Positions 30,128 to 39,785 are shown, counted from the stretch's first letter. The stretch: 64,000 nucleotides of DNA from Candidatus Bruticola sp. (GCA_051874735.1 JBJEGD010000031.1:98681-162680), one strand, 5' to 3'. Numbers and translations are program-made. The notes: generated from the sequence alone by a model not told the origin.

Positions 30128-30619
30128 TTATTCTTTCTCCCGCGATTTAGCTATGAATAGGATAACACCTAATCCTATTATAACAACAATTGCCCCAATA
30201 ACAATAAACATTAGATTGCTATCTTTTTTCTTGGCAACTGGGGCTTCGACTTCTGCAGTAAAGTTAGGCACCTCTGGCATTTCTTCCTTATCTGTAACTT
30301 TGGGGGCAGGGCGTGTTGGCAAGGTGCTCTCTACCTGCTGCTCGGGAACTTTGTAGCCGTTATCGGATACTGGCACTTGCGGAGAGGTATCTATGGCCGT
30401 GCCTCTGTGTAAAACAGTTCCAGTTGGAGTATCGACATAGCGTATGATGTCGTCACCTTCTACAACGGCAGCTGAAACTGGGCAGGATAATAAACTAAAA
30501 AATACAGCACCGCATAATAGAAACAAAACAAAAATAAAAATTTTACACTTTGCCAATTCGTTCACTACCTTTATAATATTCTTAGCTTGGAATAATTTAT
30601 TCAGCCAATAATGGTGCAT
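30128..30619 (-). CDS. Small exported protein with Pro-rich stalk and C-terminal membrane anchor
   Basis: Signal-like IFIFVLFLLCGAVFFSLLSCPVSA, P/E/K-rich linker, TM LMFIVIGAIVVIIGLGVILFIA, charged tail; start uncertain, probably later than 30619. Confidence 0.65.
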   Translation of the reverse strand: MHHYWLNKLFQAKNIIKVVNELAKCKIFIFVLFLLCGAVFFSLLSCPVSAAVVEGDDIIRYVDTPTGTVLHRGTAIDTSPQVPVSDNGYKVPEQQVESTLPTRPAPKVTDKEEMPEVPNFTAEVEAPVAKKKDSNLMFIVIGAIVVIIGLGVILFIAKSREKE

Positions 30620-30704
30620 TTATTTACTCCAAGTTAATGGACTTAATATGCCTTTTCATTTTATACTATAGGCAAGCGAGATGGAAGAGAGGTCGTGTAG
30701 TCAT

Positions 30705-31289
30705 ATGAAATTAAAATTTAAAAGAAAGGGACAGCGAGGTCTGACCTTGTTGGAAATATTAGTTGCGATTGCAATTTTAACCTCCACTTTAATAGCTTTC
30801 GCTTCTGTATTTCCGGCCGCTTTTAAACTCAACAGACAGTCGCAAAATTCGGTTAAAGCTGCCAAGCATGCTGCTGCTATAGCTGAAGAGCTAAGATCTA
30901 TGCCTATTGCCTGCAATCCTAATCTTTATGGTTCTTTCTCTTCTAGAGCCAGCAAGCATTATCTTGAGCAGTATTCCTACAACCAGGCTACTGCGAACTT
31001 TGATAATACATACGATGGTTTGACGGCTGTAAAAGAACTGAAGAAAGATGGTAAAAAAACTGGTGATACGCAGGGAATATTCACTTTAGACGCCGCCAAA
31101 GTAGGATACTCTTCAGGTAAAACTCCCAAAGACACTTATGGTGTATATTTCATTCACAATGGCAAGGGAGACAACAACGACTCCCGTTTTTGGGAAATTT
31201 ACGTCAACGTTTTTTGGAATGAAACTATTAATGGCAAGAAAGTGGCTCGCTCCGCTTCTGTAGTCAGCGCAAGGACTGGTAACCGGTGA
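30705..31289 (+). CDS. Type IV minor pilin (PilV/GspI-like)
   Basis: KRKGQRG|LTLLEILVAIAIL prepilin motif; ATG 30705 preferred over 30681. Confidence 0.82.
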   Translation: MKLKFKRKGQRGLTLLEILVAIAILTSTLIAFASVFPAAFKLNRQSQNSVKAAKHAAAIAEELRSMPIACNPNLYGSFSSRASKHYLEQYSYNQATANFDNTYDGLTAVKELKKDGKKTGDTQGIFTLDAAKVGYSSGKTPKDTYGVYFIHNGKGDNNDSRFWEIYVNVFWNETINGKKVARSASVVSARTGNR

Positions 31290-32269
31290 TGAATAGAGCC
31301 AAGTTTAAAGCTAAATCCGGATTCACTCTCATAGAAGTTTTAGTAGGTGCTGCACTGCTCTCTATGATGATCGGTTTTATCGCTTATATGATTATCAGCT
31401 CACTTAGAGCTCAAGAATTTGAGCGCAGTGTTCGCAACGCTACAGCAGCTACGCGAGAAGCTCTAGACCGCATGGCCAGTGAATTGCGCCTTGCCACCCC
31501 TTTGCCTGCTATAAGCAGCGGTTCTAGTTTAAGTTTTGTAGGTACTAACACCCTGCCTTCCGGAGTTTTGCTGCCGGACAGTTACAATGTTAGTTATAAT
31601 GCCTGCAGCGGTTTTAATGTAAAAAACAGCGTCGTTGAAGGGGACACAGGCGGTCAAGTTATGTCTTGGGTAAAAAACCGCCTTATTTTTACACGTCCCA
31701 AATTGGAAGCAAATGGTATGACTACATCTTCCACTTATAATTACGATTCGTCTAAAATAGACAGTTACTGCTATGTCGAATGGATGGTGCCTGACGCCAC
31801 TCCTGACCGTCTTTACCGCAGAGTGTATCCTATTAGCAATCTCAAGTTCGGTCACAGGCCAGTTACGCGCACAGGTATAACTATAGACGGTACCGCTTCA
31901 AGAACTGTAAGTGGTGTTATTTGGACTTTAGATAAGTCATTTTTTGGCAATACTGCTAATATTTTCTCCTCATCAGGTACAAGCGGCAATGAAGCTGATT
32001 GGTTGGTAGTTACTTTGAATGAAGACTCTAAAGTTACTAACAACAATGACAAGCAAGTTGCCTTTACCAGAGGTAACAGCACGATGAGTTTTATCGTTTC
32101 TCATCCAAAATCTACTAACAGTAGCGGTGGCACTGTCGACCCGCTTTATTACACCACTTATAATAGAAATTTGTTTAATATCAAATTTACTACTCTGGTG
32201 GCTAAAAGAACGGGCAAGGCTACTGAAATTAAATTTGAAACTCAGGTCCGCCTTCAGGCCGGAAATTAG
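31289..32269 (+). CDS. Type IV minor pilin (PilW/GspJ-like)
   Basis: KAKSG|FTLIEVLVG, AREALDRMASELR-type helix (TREALDRMASELR); TGATG coupling with the upstream gene. Confidence 0.82.
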   Translation: MNRAKFKAKSGFTLIEVLVGAALLSMMIGFIAYMIISSLRAQEFERSVRNATAATREALDRMASELRLATPLPAISSGSSLSFVGTNTLPSGVLLPDSYNVSYNACSGFNVKNSVVEGDTGGQVMSWVKNRLIFTRPKLEANGMTTSSTYNYDSSKIDSYCYVEWMVPDATPDRLYRRVYPISNLKFGHRPVTRTGITIDGTASRTVSGVIWTLDKSFFGNTANIFSSSGTSGNEADWLVVTLNEDSKVTNNNDKQVAFTRGNSTMSFIVSHPKSTNSSGGTVDPLYYTTYNRNLFNIKFTTLVAKRTGKATEIKFETQVRLQAGN

Positions 32270-32287
32270 AAAGGAGAGTAGTGGTAT

Positions 32288-34672
32288 ATGAACGTCACCC
32301 GAAGAATGAGAGTCAAGAAGGGCGTGGCCCTTATCTTTGCCCTCTTTACTATCGCTATTTTATTCTCTATAAGCACTACAGTGGTGGCCCTGTCTCTCAA
32401 CGACAGCAGAACGACCAGAACGGTTAACTATAACGACGCCGCGCTACATGCTGCTAACTGGGGTATAGAGGCCGCTATCAATTATATGGGGCAGCCCGGC
32501 ATAGGGTTCGCTAAAACTAGGAGTCAGTGGGTCAATACCTCTAGCTTTGGCAACTTTTTAGTTGAAGGCCGCCATTTGGTATGCATTTCTGGCAGAAATG
32601 CTTCCTTAAATGATCAGGTTGACGTAAGAGTGACTTCTCTCGATTCTAACACTCTCAAAAATACCTACGGCTTATCCTACGATACTAATACTAAATTGGG
32701 TGAAGATTATTGGAAAAGTAATTATACTGGCACCGATAATTCTACGGCCAACTTGCGCTCCGGCAGCGATAGCCGCCTTATTCGTTTTATAACTAAGAAT
32801 GGTAGCAGTAATTATCGCTTAGATTATGGCGGCGGCGTCAATTACGCCGAAGTTGAGGTCGTTTGTACTGAATTTCGCTATCCTACTAGCAATCAGCCCA
32901 GTCAGTATCAGTTGTTGTCTGTAGCTAAAGTTTATGCTAACGACAATAAAACTACAGGTAGCAACAGAGTTCCTTTGGCCACTAGAGTTGTGGAAGCTCG
33001 TGTGCGTGAGAGCGTAGCTTGCGACTTCATGCATTTCATTCAGAATGCCCGCTCTTGGGACGCCACCGGCGTCAACTTAGGAGACAAAACTAAGACTGGT
33101 TCCGATGACGGTGTGGAAATTGCTAGAACAGCCGTATTCTTGCCTGAAGATTATTTAGAAGCTGGACGTCTGCGCGTTGATGGTTACGGCAGCAACGATC
33201 CGGAAAAAAACCGAGTCAAAAAGTATTTGAATGAACGCGGACTCGATGGCAAGTTGGGGTTCTTCTCTCCCAGTAATTTCCGGGAAACTAACTATATTTT
33301 CCAAGGTGATGTAACTACTGCCAGAAGCAGTGCTAATTACGAGTACAAAAATAGTAAGGGCGGACGTACTTACACTTTTAATCAGGGTAATAAAGATACT
33401 GGAAGGATATTTAGTGGAACTTTGCGTGACGGTGTGCCTTCACTCGGTCTTCCTCAGGTAAATAGTTATTTTGATGACGTAAATACCAAGGTTAGAAATA
33501 CTAGCGGCGGTACGAAATTATCTTATACTGTGGCTAATAACAGTACTTGGGCTAATAAGCGCAGCGACTGTAATGCTCCTAAAACAGCTGGCGTCTGCCC
33601 TGATATTGCCCAAGCTCCGAAATCAGGTCTCAAAGATATAAACGGAAAAGATATTCCTTCAGCTACGCCTACTTTCGCTACTGTGCGTGTCGAAATTAAG
33701 GGCGATGAAGTCAGAGTTGTTAAATATAATTCAGCTGTAACTGACACTTCCGGCAATATCGATTCCCGATATGTAGAAACTCTTACTAATAGACCGGTTA
33801 AAATTAGCAATATTAATAATGGCGTTATTAGTGTTACCGGTGGTAATGTTGAAGTTGTCAATGTAGATACTTTTGCTAATACTGGTCTCAGCACAAATTA
33901 CATAAAGAGCACTACTGTGAACAATGCTATGCTCGATGGTTCATTGACTATTCTGGCCAATGTCGATGAGGCTCGCGATATTAGCTTAAACAACTCCGAC
34001 GCTTCACCCTCTGAAAAACAGTCTGGTGGTTCTGTTCTTTACAGTGATGCTGCTAGAACTTATTACGAGAAAGATCCCTACGAACATGTGCCGCCTTTCA
34101 GTCAGAAGGATTTAAAAATTGGCAATTCTACCGTCAAGAGCATTTGGCCCACTCCTGCCAACAGTTCCATTGAGCGTGAAGGTAATGTCATGATAGCTAG
34201 TGATATTGCCTATCAACCCGGTTCTTCTTCTAGCCTGGGTGTGGTCGCTAAAAATTACATTTTGCTCAACGACAAATCTCTTGGAGTCAAATCTACTCAG
34301 GCTAAGAAAGATCAGCTGCGCGTAGATGCCGTACTTATGAGTATGGATCACTCCGTGCAGTTCGACTGGAACAATATGGCTGCTAACAGTAAGGCTAATT
34401 ACAACTACTTGATAGCCGATCGTACTTTAAAACGTGCCAGTCAGCGTACCTTTAAGTTAAACGGAGCTATCGTTAGCAGTTTCCTCGACGTCGAAGGCGA
34501 TACTAACGGACGCGGTTATTACACGCAAAATTTCAACCACGACGAAAACTTGCGCTATAACCTGCCTCCTCTCTTCCCTAGATGGGATATCAGCAACTTC
34601 GCTAAAAATGGCATTTTCGGCGAGTGGATGATCACCGCTTATGAAGATAAGGGTGCCATTAGAGACATCTAA
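32288..34672 (+). CDS. Large PilX/GspK-like pilus-tip protein (ComZ-like)
   Basis: KKG|VALIFAL lacking Glu5, AALHAANWGIEAA (PilX-N pattern), N/T/S-rich body, C-terminal FNHDENLRYNLPPLFP; RBS AAGGAG. Confidence 0.75.
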   Translation: MNVTRRMRVKKGVALIFALFTIAILFSISTTVVALSLNDSRTTRTVNYNDAALHAANWGIEAAINYMGQPGIGFAKTRSQWVNTSSFGNFLVEGRHLVCISGRNASLNDQVDVRVTSLDSNTLKNTYGLSYDTNTKLGEDYWKSNYTGTDNSTANLRSGSDSRLIRFITKNGSSNYRLDYGGGVNYAEVEVVCTEFRYPTSNQPSQYQLLSVAKVYANDNKTTGSNRVPLATRVVEARVRESVACDFMHFIQNARSWDATGVNLGDKTKTGSDDGVEIARTAVFLPEDYLEAGRLRVDGYGSNDPEKNRVKKYLNERGLDGKLGFFSPSNFRETNYIFQGDVTTARSSANYEYKNSKGGRTYTFNQGNKDTGRIFSGTLRDGVPSLGLPQVNSYFDDVNTKVRNTSGGTKLSYTVANNSTWANKRSDCNAPKTAGVCPDIAQAPKSGLKDINGKDIPSATPTFATVRVEIKGDEVRVVKYNSAVTDTSGNIDSRYVETLTNRPVKISNINNGVISVTGGNVEVVNVDTFANTGLSTNYIKSTTVNNAMLDGSLTILANVDEARDISLNNSDASPSEKQSGGSVLYSDAARTYYEKDPYEHVPPFSQKDLKIGNSTVKSIWPTPANSSIEREGNVMIASDIAYQPGSSSSLGVVAKNYILLNDKSLGVKSTQAKKDQLRVDAVLMSMDHSVQFDWNNMAANSKANYNYLIADRTLKRASQRTFKLNGAIVSSFLDVEGDTNGRGYYTQNFNHDENLRYNLPPLFPRWDISNFAKNGIFGEWMITAYEDKGAIRDI

Positions 34673-34719
34673 AACTACTTAAATCAGCTCAGCTTTTTTA
34701 GAAGTAGAGTTGTTGGGCA

Positions 34720-34759
34720 GGCCGCTTGTGCTGTAGGGCAGGGGCGGTCTTTTTTTTTT
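34720..34759 (+). terminator. Intrinsic terminator after the pilin operon
   Basis: GGCCGC...GCGGTC stem followed by a long T-run. Confidence 0.65.
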
Positions 34760-34804
34760 CGAAGTTTTTCTACACCAAGTTGTTTTTGTAAAGGTAAAAA
34801 AACT

Positions 34805-36619
34805 ATGACGAATTGCGGTTTTGATAATTGGGATTTGCAGCCGTTTTTTAGCGGACCTGATCAAGAAGATTATTTAGCTTATTTTTTGTCAGTTAAAGAA
34901 GATATATTATCAATTCTCAGTAAGCCTGAAAATAAACTTAGTTTGGAAGATTTGGGCGCATTTATTGTTGAATTTGAAAACTTGCAAGCTAGATTGCAGC
35001 ATTTAATCTGTTATATAGAATGTGTGCGCTCAGAAAATATTGCTGATGAAGTAAGTGCTCAGGCCCAGAACAGCCTCGATGAATTATCTGCTCAAAGCCG
35101 TTTGGTCGAAGTGCGCCTTTTAGCCCAGCTGCGCCAGCTAAACAAATGCGAATTTTCCCAATTGCGTCGAGATATCCGCTTGAGCGGAGCTGAGTATCAG
35201 TTAGATAGGTTGCGTTACAGAGCTATACACAGCATGGATGCTGCTTTGGAAAGCTTGGCGGCTGAACTGAATTTAACAGGTTTCCGGGCTTGGGAAAATC
35301 TTTATGAAAATATTGCCGGTTCGCTTAATTTTACCATTACTGATAGTTGCGGAAAAAAGCGCTTAGTACCTATGAGTTTAAAAGTCAGCTTGATGGAAGA
35401 TCCTGATCGTCAAGTGAGAACTAGCACTTTAAAAGAATCAAATAAAGCTTGGGCGAGTTCTGCTTATGCTGTCAGCGCTGCTTTAAATAATATAGCTGGA
35501 TGCCGCCTTAAGCTGCAGCAGAAACGTCAATGCGGTCACTTTCTCGATGAAGCCTCCTTTGAAGCTGGCTTGCAGCGCAGCACTTTGGACAAAATGATAG
35601 ATACGGTTTTGCAGCATATTGAACTGCCGCGCCGTTATCTGCTTTTAAAAGCCAAGCTGTTAGGTTTAAATAAGCTAGGATTTCAAGATTTGGGCGCACC
35701 AGTAAATTTTGCTGCCTATACGCATGAAGCAGAAAGTGCGGCTGCTAAAGTTTATACTTGGAGCGAAGCGGGACAAATCATTATAGAGGCATTTAACCGC
35801 TTCGATCCGGCTTTCGGTAGCTTCGCTAAGCAAGCTTTAGATAATCATTGGGTAGAATCTGAAGTGCGCGAAGGTAAACGTCCGGGCGGTTTCTGCACTT
35901 CCTCCACACTGTTGGGACAATCGCGTATTTTTATGACGTTCCAAGGTAATTTGGGCGATGTTTTTACTTTAGCTCATGAGCTGGGCCACGCTTACCACGA
36001 GCACCTAATGGCGGGACTGCGTCCATGTGCTCATAATTACCCCATGACTTTAGCAGAAACGGCTTCCACTTTCGCTGAAGCTTTACTCAGCGATTATTTA
36101 ATTTCTCAGCCTTCTATGAGCCGCTTGGATAAACTCAGCATGTACCAACGGTGCCTCGATGATGCTGCCACTTACCTCTTGAATATAGTGATGCGTTTTC
36201 TATTTGAACGATCATTCTATGAACAGCGAGCCCATAAGATTCTGTCTGCTGATGAATTGTGTCGCCTTATGGAAGAGACTCAAAAAGCTGTTTACGGCGA
36301 AGCCTTAAATACAAATGAGCTTGATCCTTGGTTTTGGGCTTCTAAAGGCCATTTTTACATTACGGATATCAGTTTTTATAATTTCCCTTACATTTTTGGC
36401 TACTTATTTAGTATGGGAATTTATGCTCAGGCTCTGCAGCAGGGCAGAGATTTCTTGCCCACTTTTGCTAAGTTGTTGCGCTTAACTGGCAGTGCTTCTT
36501 GTGAAGATACAGCTCGTTTGGCCTTAGGCGTCGATTTGGATAGCAGTAGCTTCTGGGAAGGTTCTTTAAGCCTAATAGAGCGCGATTTTGCGGCATTTGA
36601 ACTACTACTGAATGCATGA
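34805..36619 (+). CDS. pepF: Oligoendopeptidase F (M3B)
   Basis: N-terminal WDL, GKRPGGFC, TLAHELGHAYH, LAETASTFAE, HFY..FYNFPYIFGYL. Confidence 0.9.
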   Translation: MTNCGFDNWDLQPFFSGPDQEDYLAYFLSVKEDILSILSKPENKLSLEDLGAFIVEFENLQARLQHLICYIECVRSENIADEVSAQAQNSLDELSAQSRLVEVRLLAQLRQLNKCEFSQLRRDIRLSGAEYQLDRLRYRAIHSMDAALESLAAELNLTGFRAWENLYENIAGSLNFTITDSCGKKRLVPMSLKVSLMEDPDRQVRTSTLKESNKAWASSAYAVSAALNNIAGCRLKLQQKRQCGHFLDEASFEAGLQRSTLDKMIDTVLQHIELPRRYLLLKAKLLGLNKLGFQDLGAPVNFAAYTHEAESAAAKVYTWSEAGQIIIEAFNRFDPAFGSFAKQALDNHWVESEVREGKRPGGFCTSSTLLGQSRIFMTFQGNLGDVFTLAHELGHAYHEHLMAGLRPCAHNYPMTLAETASTFAEALLSDYLISQPSMSRLDKLSMYQRCLDDAATYLLNIVMRFLFERSFYEQRAHKILSADELCRLMEETQKAVYGEALNTNELDPWFWASKGHFYITDISFYNFPYIFGYLFSMGIYAQALQQGRDFLPTFAKLLRLTGSASCEDTARLALGVDLDSSSFWEGSLSLIERDFAAFELLLNA

Positions 36620-36717
36620 TAAAATGACAGTTCATAGGGTTAAATTATTGATTAAGTAATTGTGTCGGTGTCTTAAGACACTGGGACTAGGCGGCTCTTT
36701 AGTAAGCTGCCGGGGAG

Positions 36718-37929
36718 TTGAAAGTTTTGGATAAGAAACCTGTCACCATTTTAATTGTGGCCAGCTATTTCAAGGGCAATCGTTTTATTGAAGAGTGCTA
36801 TAAAGAAGGCTGCCGGTTGTATTTGCTTACTAAGCTCAGCCTCAAAGAAGAAGCTTGGGCCAGGCACTGCTTACAAGATGTGTTCTATATGACTGAATTT
36901 ACTAGTCGCGATGAAGTTATGCGAGCTGTGTCCTATTTGGCCCGTAATATAGTCTTCGATCGTATCATTCCTATGGATGATTACGATGTCGAGTTAGTGG
37001 CCTCTTTGCGCGAGCATCTGCGTATTCCCGGTATGGGAGATACTACAGCCCGTTATTTCCGTGACAAATTAGCTATGCGTGTGCAAGCTCGCGATGAACA
37101 TATTCGCTGCCCTCGTTTTGAACATGTTCTCAATTATGGCAAGTTAACCCAATTTATGAATGAGGTACCCGCTCCTTGGTTCTTAAAACCGCGCTCAGAA
37201 GCCGGAGCTGTGGGTATTAAAAAGATTACTTGTGCTCAGGAATTTTGGGATACTATTAATCAGTTGGGTGATGAGCAGAGTTACCGTCTTTTGGAAGAGT
37301 ATATACCTGGCTCAGTTTATCATGTCGATTCTATTGTTTGGGACAGTCAGATCGTTTTTTCTAATGTTTCCCGCTATGTGAAGCCGCCTTTTGATATTTG
37401 GAATTTCGGTGGTGTTTTCTGCACTAGGACTCTGCCCCAGGGCTTTGAAGAAGAGCCGGAAGTGGCCGATATGAACCGGCGCTTAGTGAAGGCTATGAAA
37501 ATAGTGAGGGGAGTAACCCACGCTGAATTTATCCGTTCTTCCAAAGATGGCCAGGTTTACTTTTTAGAAGTAGCAGCTCGTGTAGGCGGAGCTAGCATAG
37601 ATATGATGGTGGAAGCAGCCACAGGTATTAATTTATGGCAAGAGTGGGCGCGTTTAGAAATCGCTTCTGCCCGTGGTGAGACTTATACTGTACCTGACCG
37701 ACGTTACGATAGCGCATCTTTGATGGTCTGTCTCTCCCGTCAGGCCAAACCTGACACCTCTGCTTATAATGATCCTGATATCTTCTGGCGCATGGATAAA
37801 GATCATCATGTCGGTTTAGTTATTAAAAATTCCAGTTTTAATCGTATAACCGATTTAACAAAATCTTATATGGAGCGTATGGCCCAGGATTATCTGGCGG
37901 TTGAACCTCCTAAGCAGACTAACGATTAG
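36718..37929 (+). CDS. ATP-grasp domain protein (carboxylate-amine ligase-like)
   Basis: FRDKLAMR, LKPRSEAGAVGIKK, LEEYIPG..YHVDS, HAEF, FLEVAARVGG. Confidence 0.85.
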   Translation: MKVLDKKPVTILIVASYFKGNRFIEECYKEGCRLYLLTKLSLKEEAWARHCLQDVFYMTEFTSRDEVMRAVSYLARNIVFDRIIPMDDYDVELVASLREHLRIPGMGDTTARYFRDKLAMRVQARDEHIRCPRFEHVLNYGKLTQFMNEVPAPWFLKPRSEAGAVGIKKITCAQEFWDTINQLGDEQSYRLLEEYIPGSVYHVDSIVWDSQIVFSNVSRYVKPPFDIWNFGGVFCTRTLPQGFEEEPEVADMNRRLVKAMKIVRGVTHAEFIRSSKDGQVYFLEVAARVGGASIDMMVEAATGINLWQEWARLEIASARGETYTVPDRRYDSASLMVCLSRQAKPDTSAYNDPDIFWRMDKDHHVGLVIKNSSFNRITDLTKSYMERMAQDYLAVEPPKQTND

Positions 37930-37939
37930 CTTGCTCGCT

Positions 37940-37983
37940 AACCGATTTCAACTTGGCCTGAGGTCAAGATGAAATCGGTTTTT
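37940..37983 (+). terminator. Intrinsic terminator
   Basis: AACCGATTTCA...TGAAATCGGTT stem followed by Ts. Confidence 0.7.
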
Positions 37984-38035
37984 AATTATAAGCAGATCTT
38001 AAACTACTCGAATACGTTTGGGTAAAGGATATAGC

Positions 38036-38893
38036 ATGCTGAGAAAAATTCGTTTTATTTTGGCGGCAATAATACTTATCGTCTTTTGTATTATGTTTGC
38101 TGGGGTGGGCCGATTAGCTGTATATTCAGCCTACTTGGCCAAGATTCAGCTAATTCCAGCTATACTTAGCTTAAGTTTAATTACCGTAGCATTATGGATA
38201 GCTGTAGCAGCTTTGGGAGGCCGCCTTTACTGTTCCCTAATTTGTCCTTTAGGGTTGCTGCAAGAAGTGTTTGCTCTTATCGGAGATAAATTTCGTATGC
38301 AGCCCAAATTTACTTATAGTCAGTCCTATCCGCGTCGGCGCTATGTTGTATTGATTATTTTCACTCTATGTTTATTTACAGGTTTGGGCGCTCTTTTTAC
38401 TTGGCTCGATCCTTACGCTCTATTTGGACGTATGGCTGCGAATGCATCAATGTTAATAAAAAACGCTCATATTTGGCTGAACTTTAAAATGGGGGCTATA
38501 GCTCCTAGGGCCGCCAAATATTATAGTATCGATTGGTTAAATTTTAGTCTGACTTTCGTTATTTTTATTCTAATTATGGGAGCTGCGGTTCTAAAAGGGC
38601 GCTGGTATTGCAATAATATTTGCCCTGTGGGCACTGCACTTGGTCTTATTAGCAGTCATTCTCTCTATAAAATAGATATAGATAAAACTAGTTGTGTTAA
38701 ATGTGGTCTGTGTGCTCGCAGTTGTCAAGTTGAATGCATCGATATTAAAAGTGGCGAAGTTGATAATAGCCGCTGCGTCAAATGTTTTAACTGTTTGAGC
38801 CTCTGTCATAAAAACGCTATAGCTTGGCGTATTCCGTCAAAGGGGAACGCTTTAGATAATAGCCAAGAGAATATCTCTAATCTTAGCAAATAG
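38036..38893 (+). CDS. Membrane 4Fe-4S-binding protein (NapH/MauN-like)
   Basis: TM helices, GRLYCSLICPLG and GRWYCNNICPVG motifs, C-terminal CVKCGLCARSC and CVKCFNCLSLC; RBS AAGGA. Confidence 0.85.
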   Translation: MLRKIRFILAAIILIVFCIMFAGVGRLAVYSAYLAKIQLIPAILSLSLITVALWIAVAALGGRLYCSLICPLGLLQEVFALIGDKFRMQPKFTYSQSYPRRRYVVLIIFTLCLFTGLGALFTWLDPYALFGRMAANASMLIKNAHIWLNFKMGAIAPRAAKYYSIDWLNFSLTFVIFILIMGAAVLKGRWYCNNICPVGTALGLISSHSLYKIDIDKTSCVKCGLCARSCQVECIDIKSGEVDNSRCVKCFNCLSLCHKNAIAWRIPSKGNALDNSQENISNLSK

Positions 38894-38896
38894 GAT

Positions 38897-39673
38897 ATGA
38901 AAATGAGCGAAAACACTGAAAAAAAATTATTTAACGATCATAATAATTTGAGCTCTTCTTCAGCAATGTTCTATGGTAAGGCAAGAGAAGAAAATCAGAT
39001 GACTAGGCGCTCTTTTTGTTCTCTTTTAGGTGTTGGTCTAGCAGCTATAGGCGGTTTGGGTGGTTTCCTAACTTGCACTGAATCTGCTTCTGCTGCTTCT
39101 GAGGTTGGGAGTAAAAAAGAACGTCCAGCTAAAGTGGATCCTGAGAGAGAAAATTATGTGCTGCCTTGTGGTTCACAAAGTTATGAACATTTTCACAAAC
39201 ATTGCGTAGGGTGCATGCTGTGTGTCAGCAACTGTCCTAACCGGGTTCTCAATGTTAAGGCTGGCCATAAAATTATAGATTCTAATTACGGATTGTTGAA
39301 CGTTAATCAGCCTGCTATGTCTTTTGCTTCAGGTTACTGCAGTCCGGAGTGTAATAAATGCTCAATGATTTGTCCTGCTGGAGCTATTATGCCCGTCTCA
39401 TTGGCGGATAAAGGGCAGATCTCGATAGGACTGGCGGCTTGGCAAGCAGATAAATGCCGTTTAAGTTTTGGAAAACGGTGTGGAGCCTGCGTGCGGGTAT
39501 GTCCTCAAGAAGCTATAAAGATTGTGACTAAACCGGGAACTGATATTAAGCAACTTGTTGTCGATCCTGATCTATGTATTGGCTGTGGAGCTTGTGAAAA
39601 TATCTGTCCGGCTCGGCCGCTACCTGCTATAGTGATAAACGGCTTGAAAACTCATAAACGGAAAAATTCTTAA
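38897..39673 (+). CDS. Polyferredoxin (NapG/MauM-like) with twin-arginine motif
   Basis: MTRRSFCSLLG Tat-like motif; four Fe-S motifs including CVGCMLCVSNCP and CIGCGACENICP. Confidence 0.85.
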   Translation: MKMSENTEKKLFNDHNNLSSSSAMFYGKAREENQMTRRSFCSLLGVGLAAIGGLGGFLTCTESASAASEVGSKKERPAKVDPERENYVLPCGSQSYEHFHKHCVGCMLCVSNCPNRVLNVKAGHKIIDSNYGLLNVNQPAMSFASGYCSPECNKCSMICPAGAIMPVSLADKGQISIGLAAWQADKCRLSFGKRCGACVRVCPQEAIKIVTKPGTDIKQLVVDPDLCIGCGACENICPARPLPAIVINGLKTHKRKNS

Positions 39674-39694
39674 ACTTATAAGTTGAGCTAGGTT

Positions 39695-39743
39695 AAAAGC
39701 CCGCCGGTAATCTGATAAACAGCTGTCCAGCGGGCTTTTTTTT
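39695..39743. terminator. Bidirectional terminator
   Basis: AAAAGCCCGC...GCGGGCTTTTTTTT between convergent genes. Confidence 0.75.
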
Positions 39744-39785
39744 GTTTAGCAGCATATTAAATTGTGTTTTAAGTAGCTGCTCATG

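Noticed and set aside
24490-34672. Prophage or mobile-element origin for the effector island
   Set aside because: No integrase, transposase, tRNA target or flanking direct repeats were seen.
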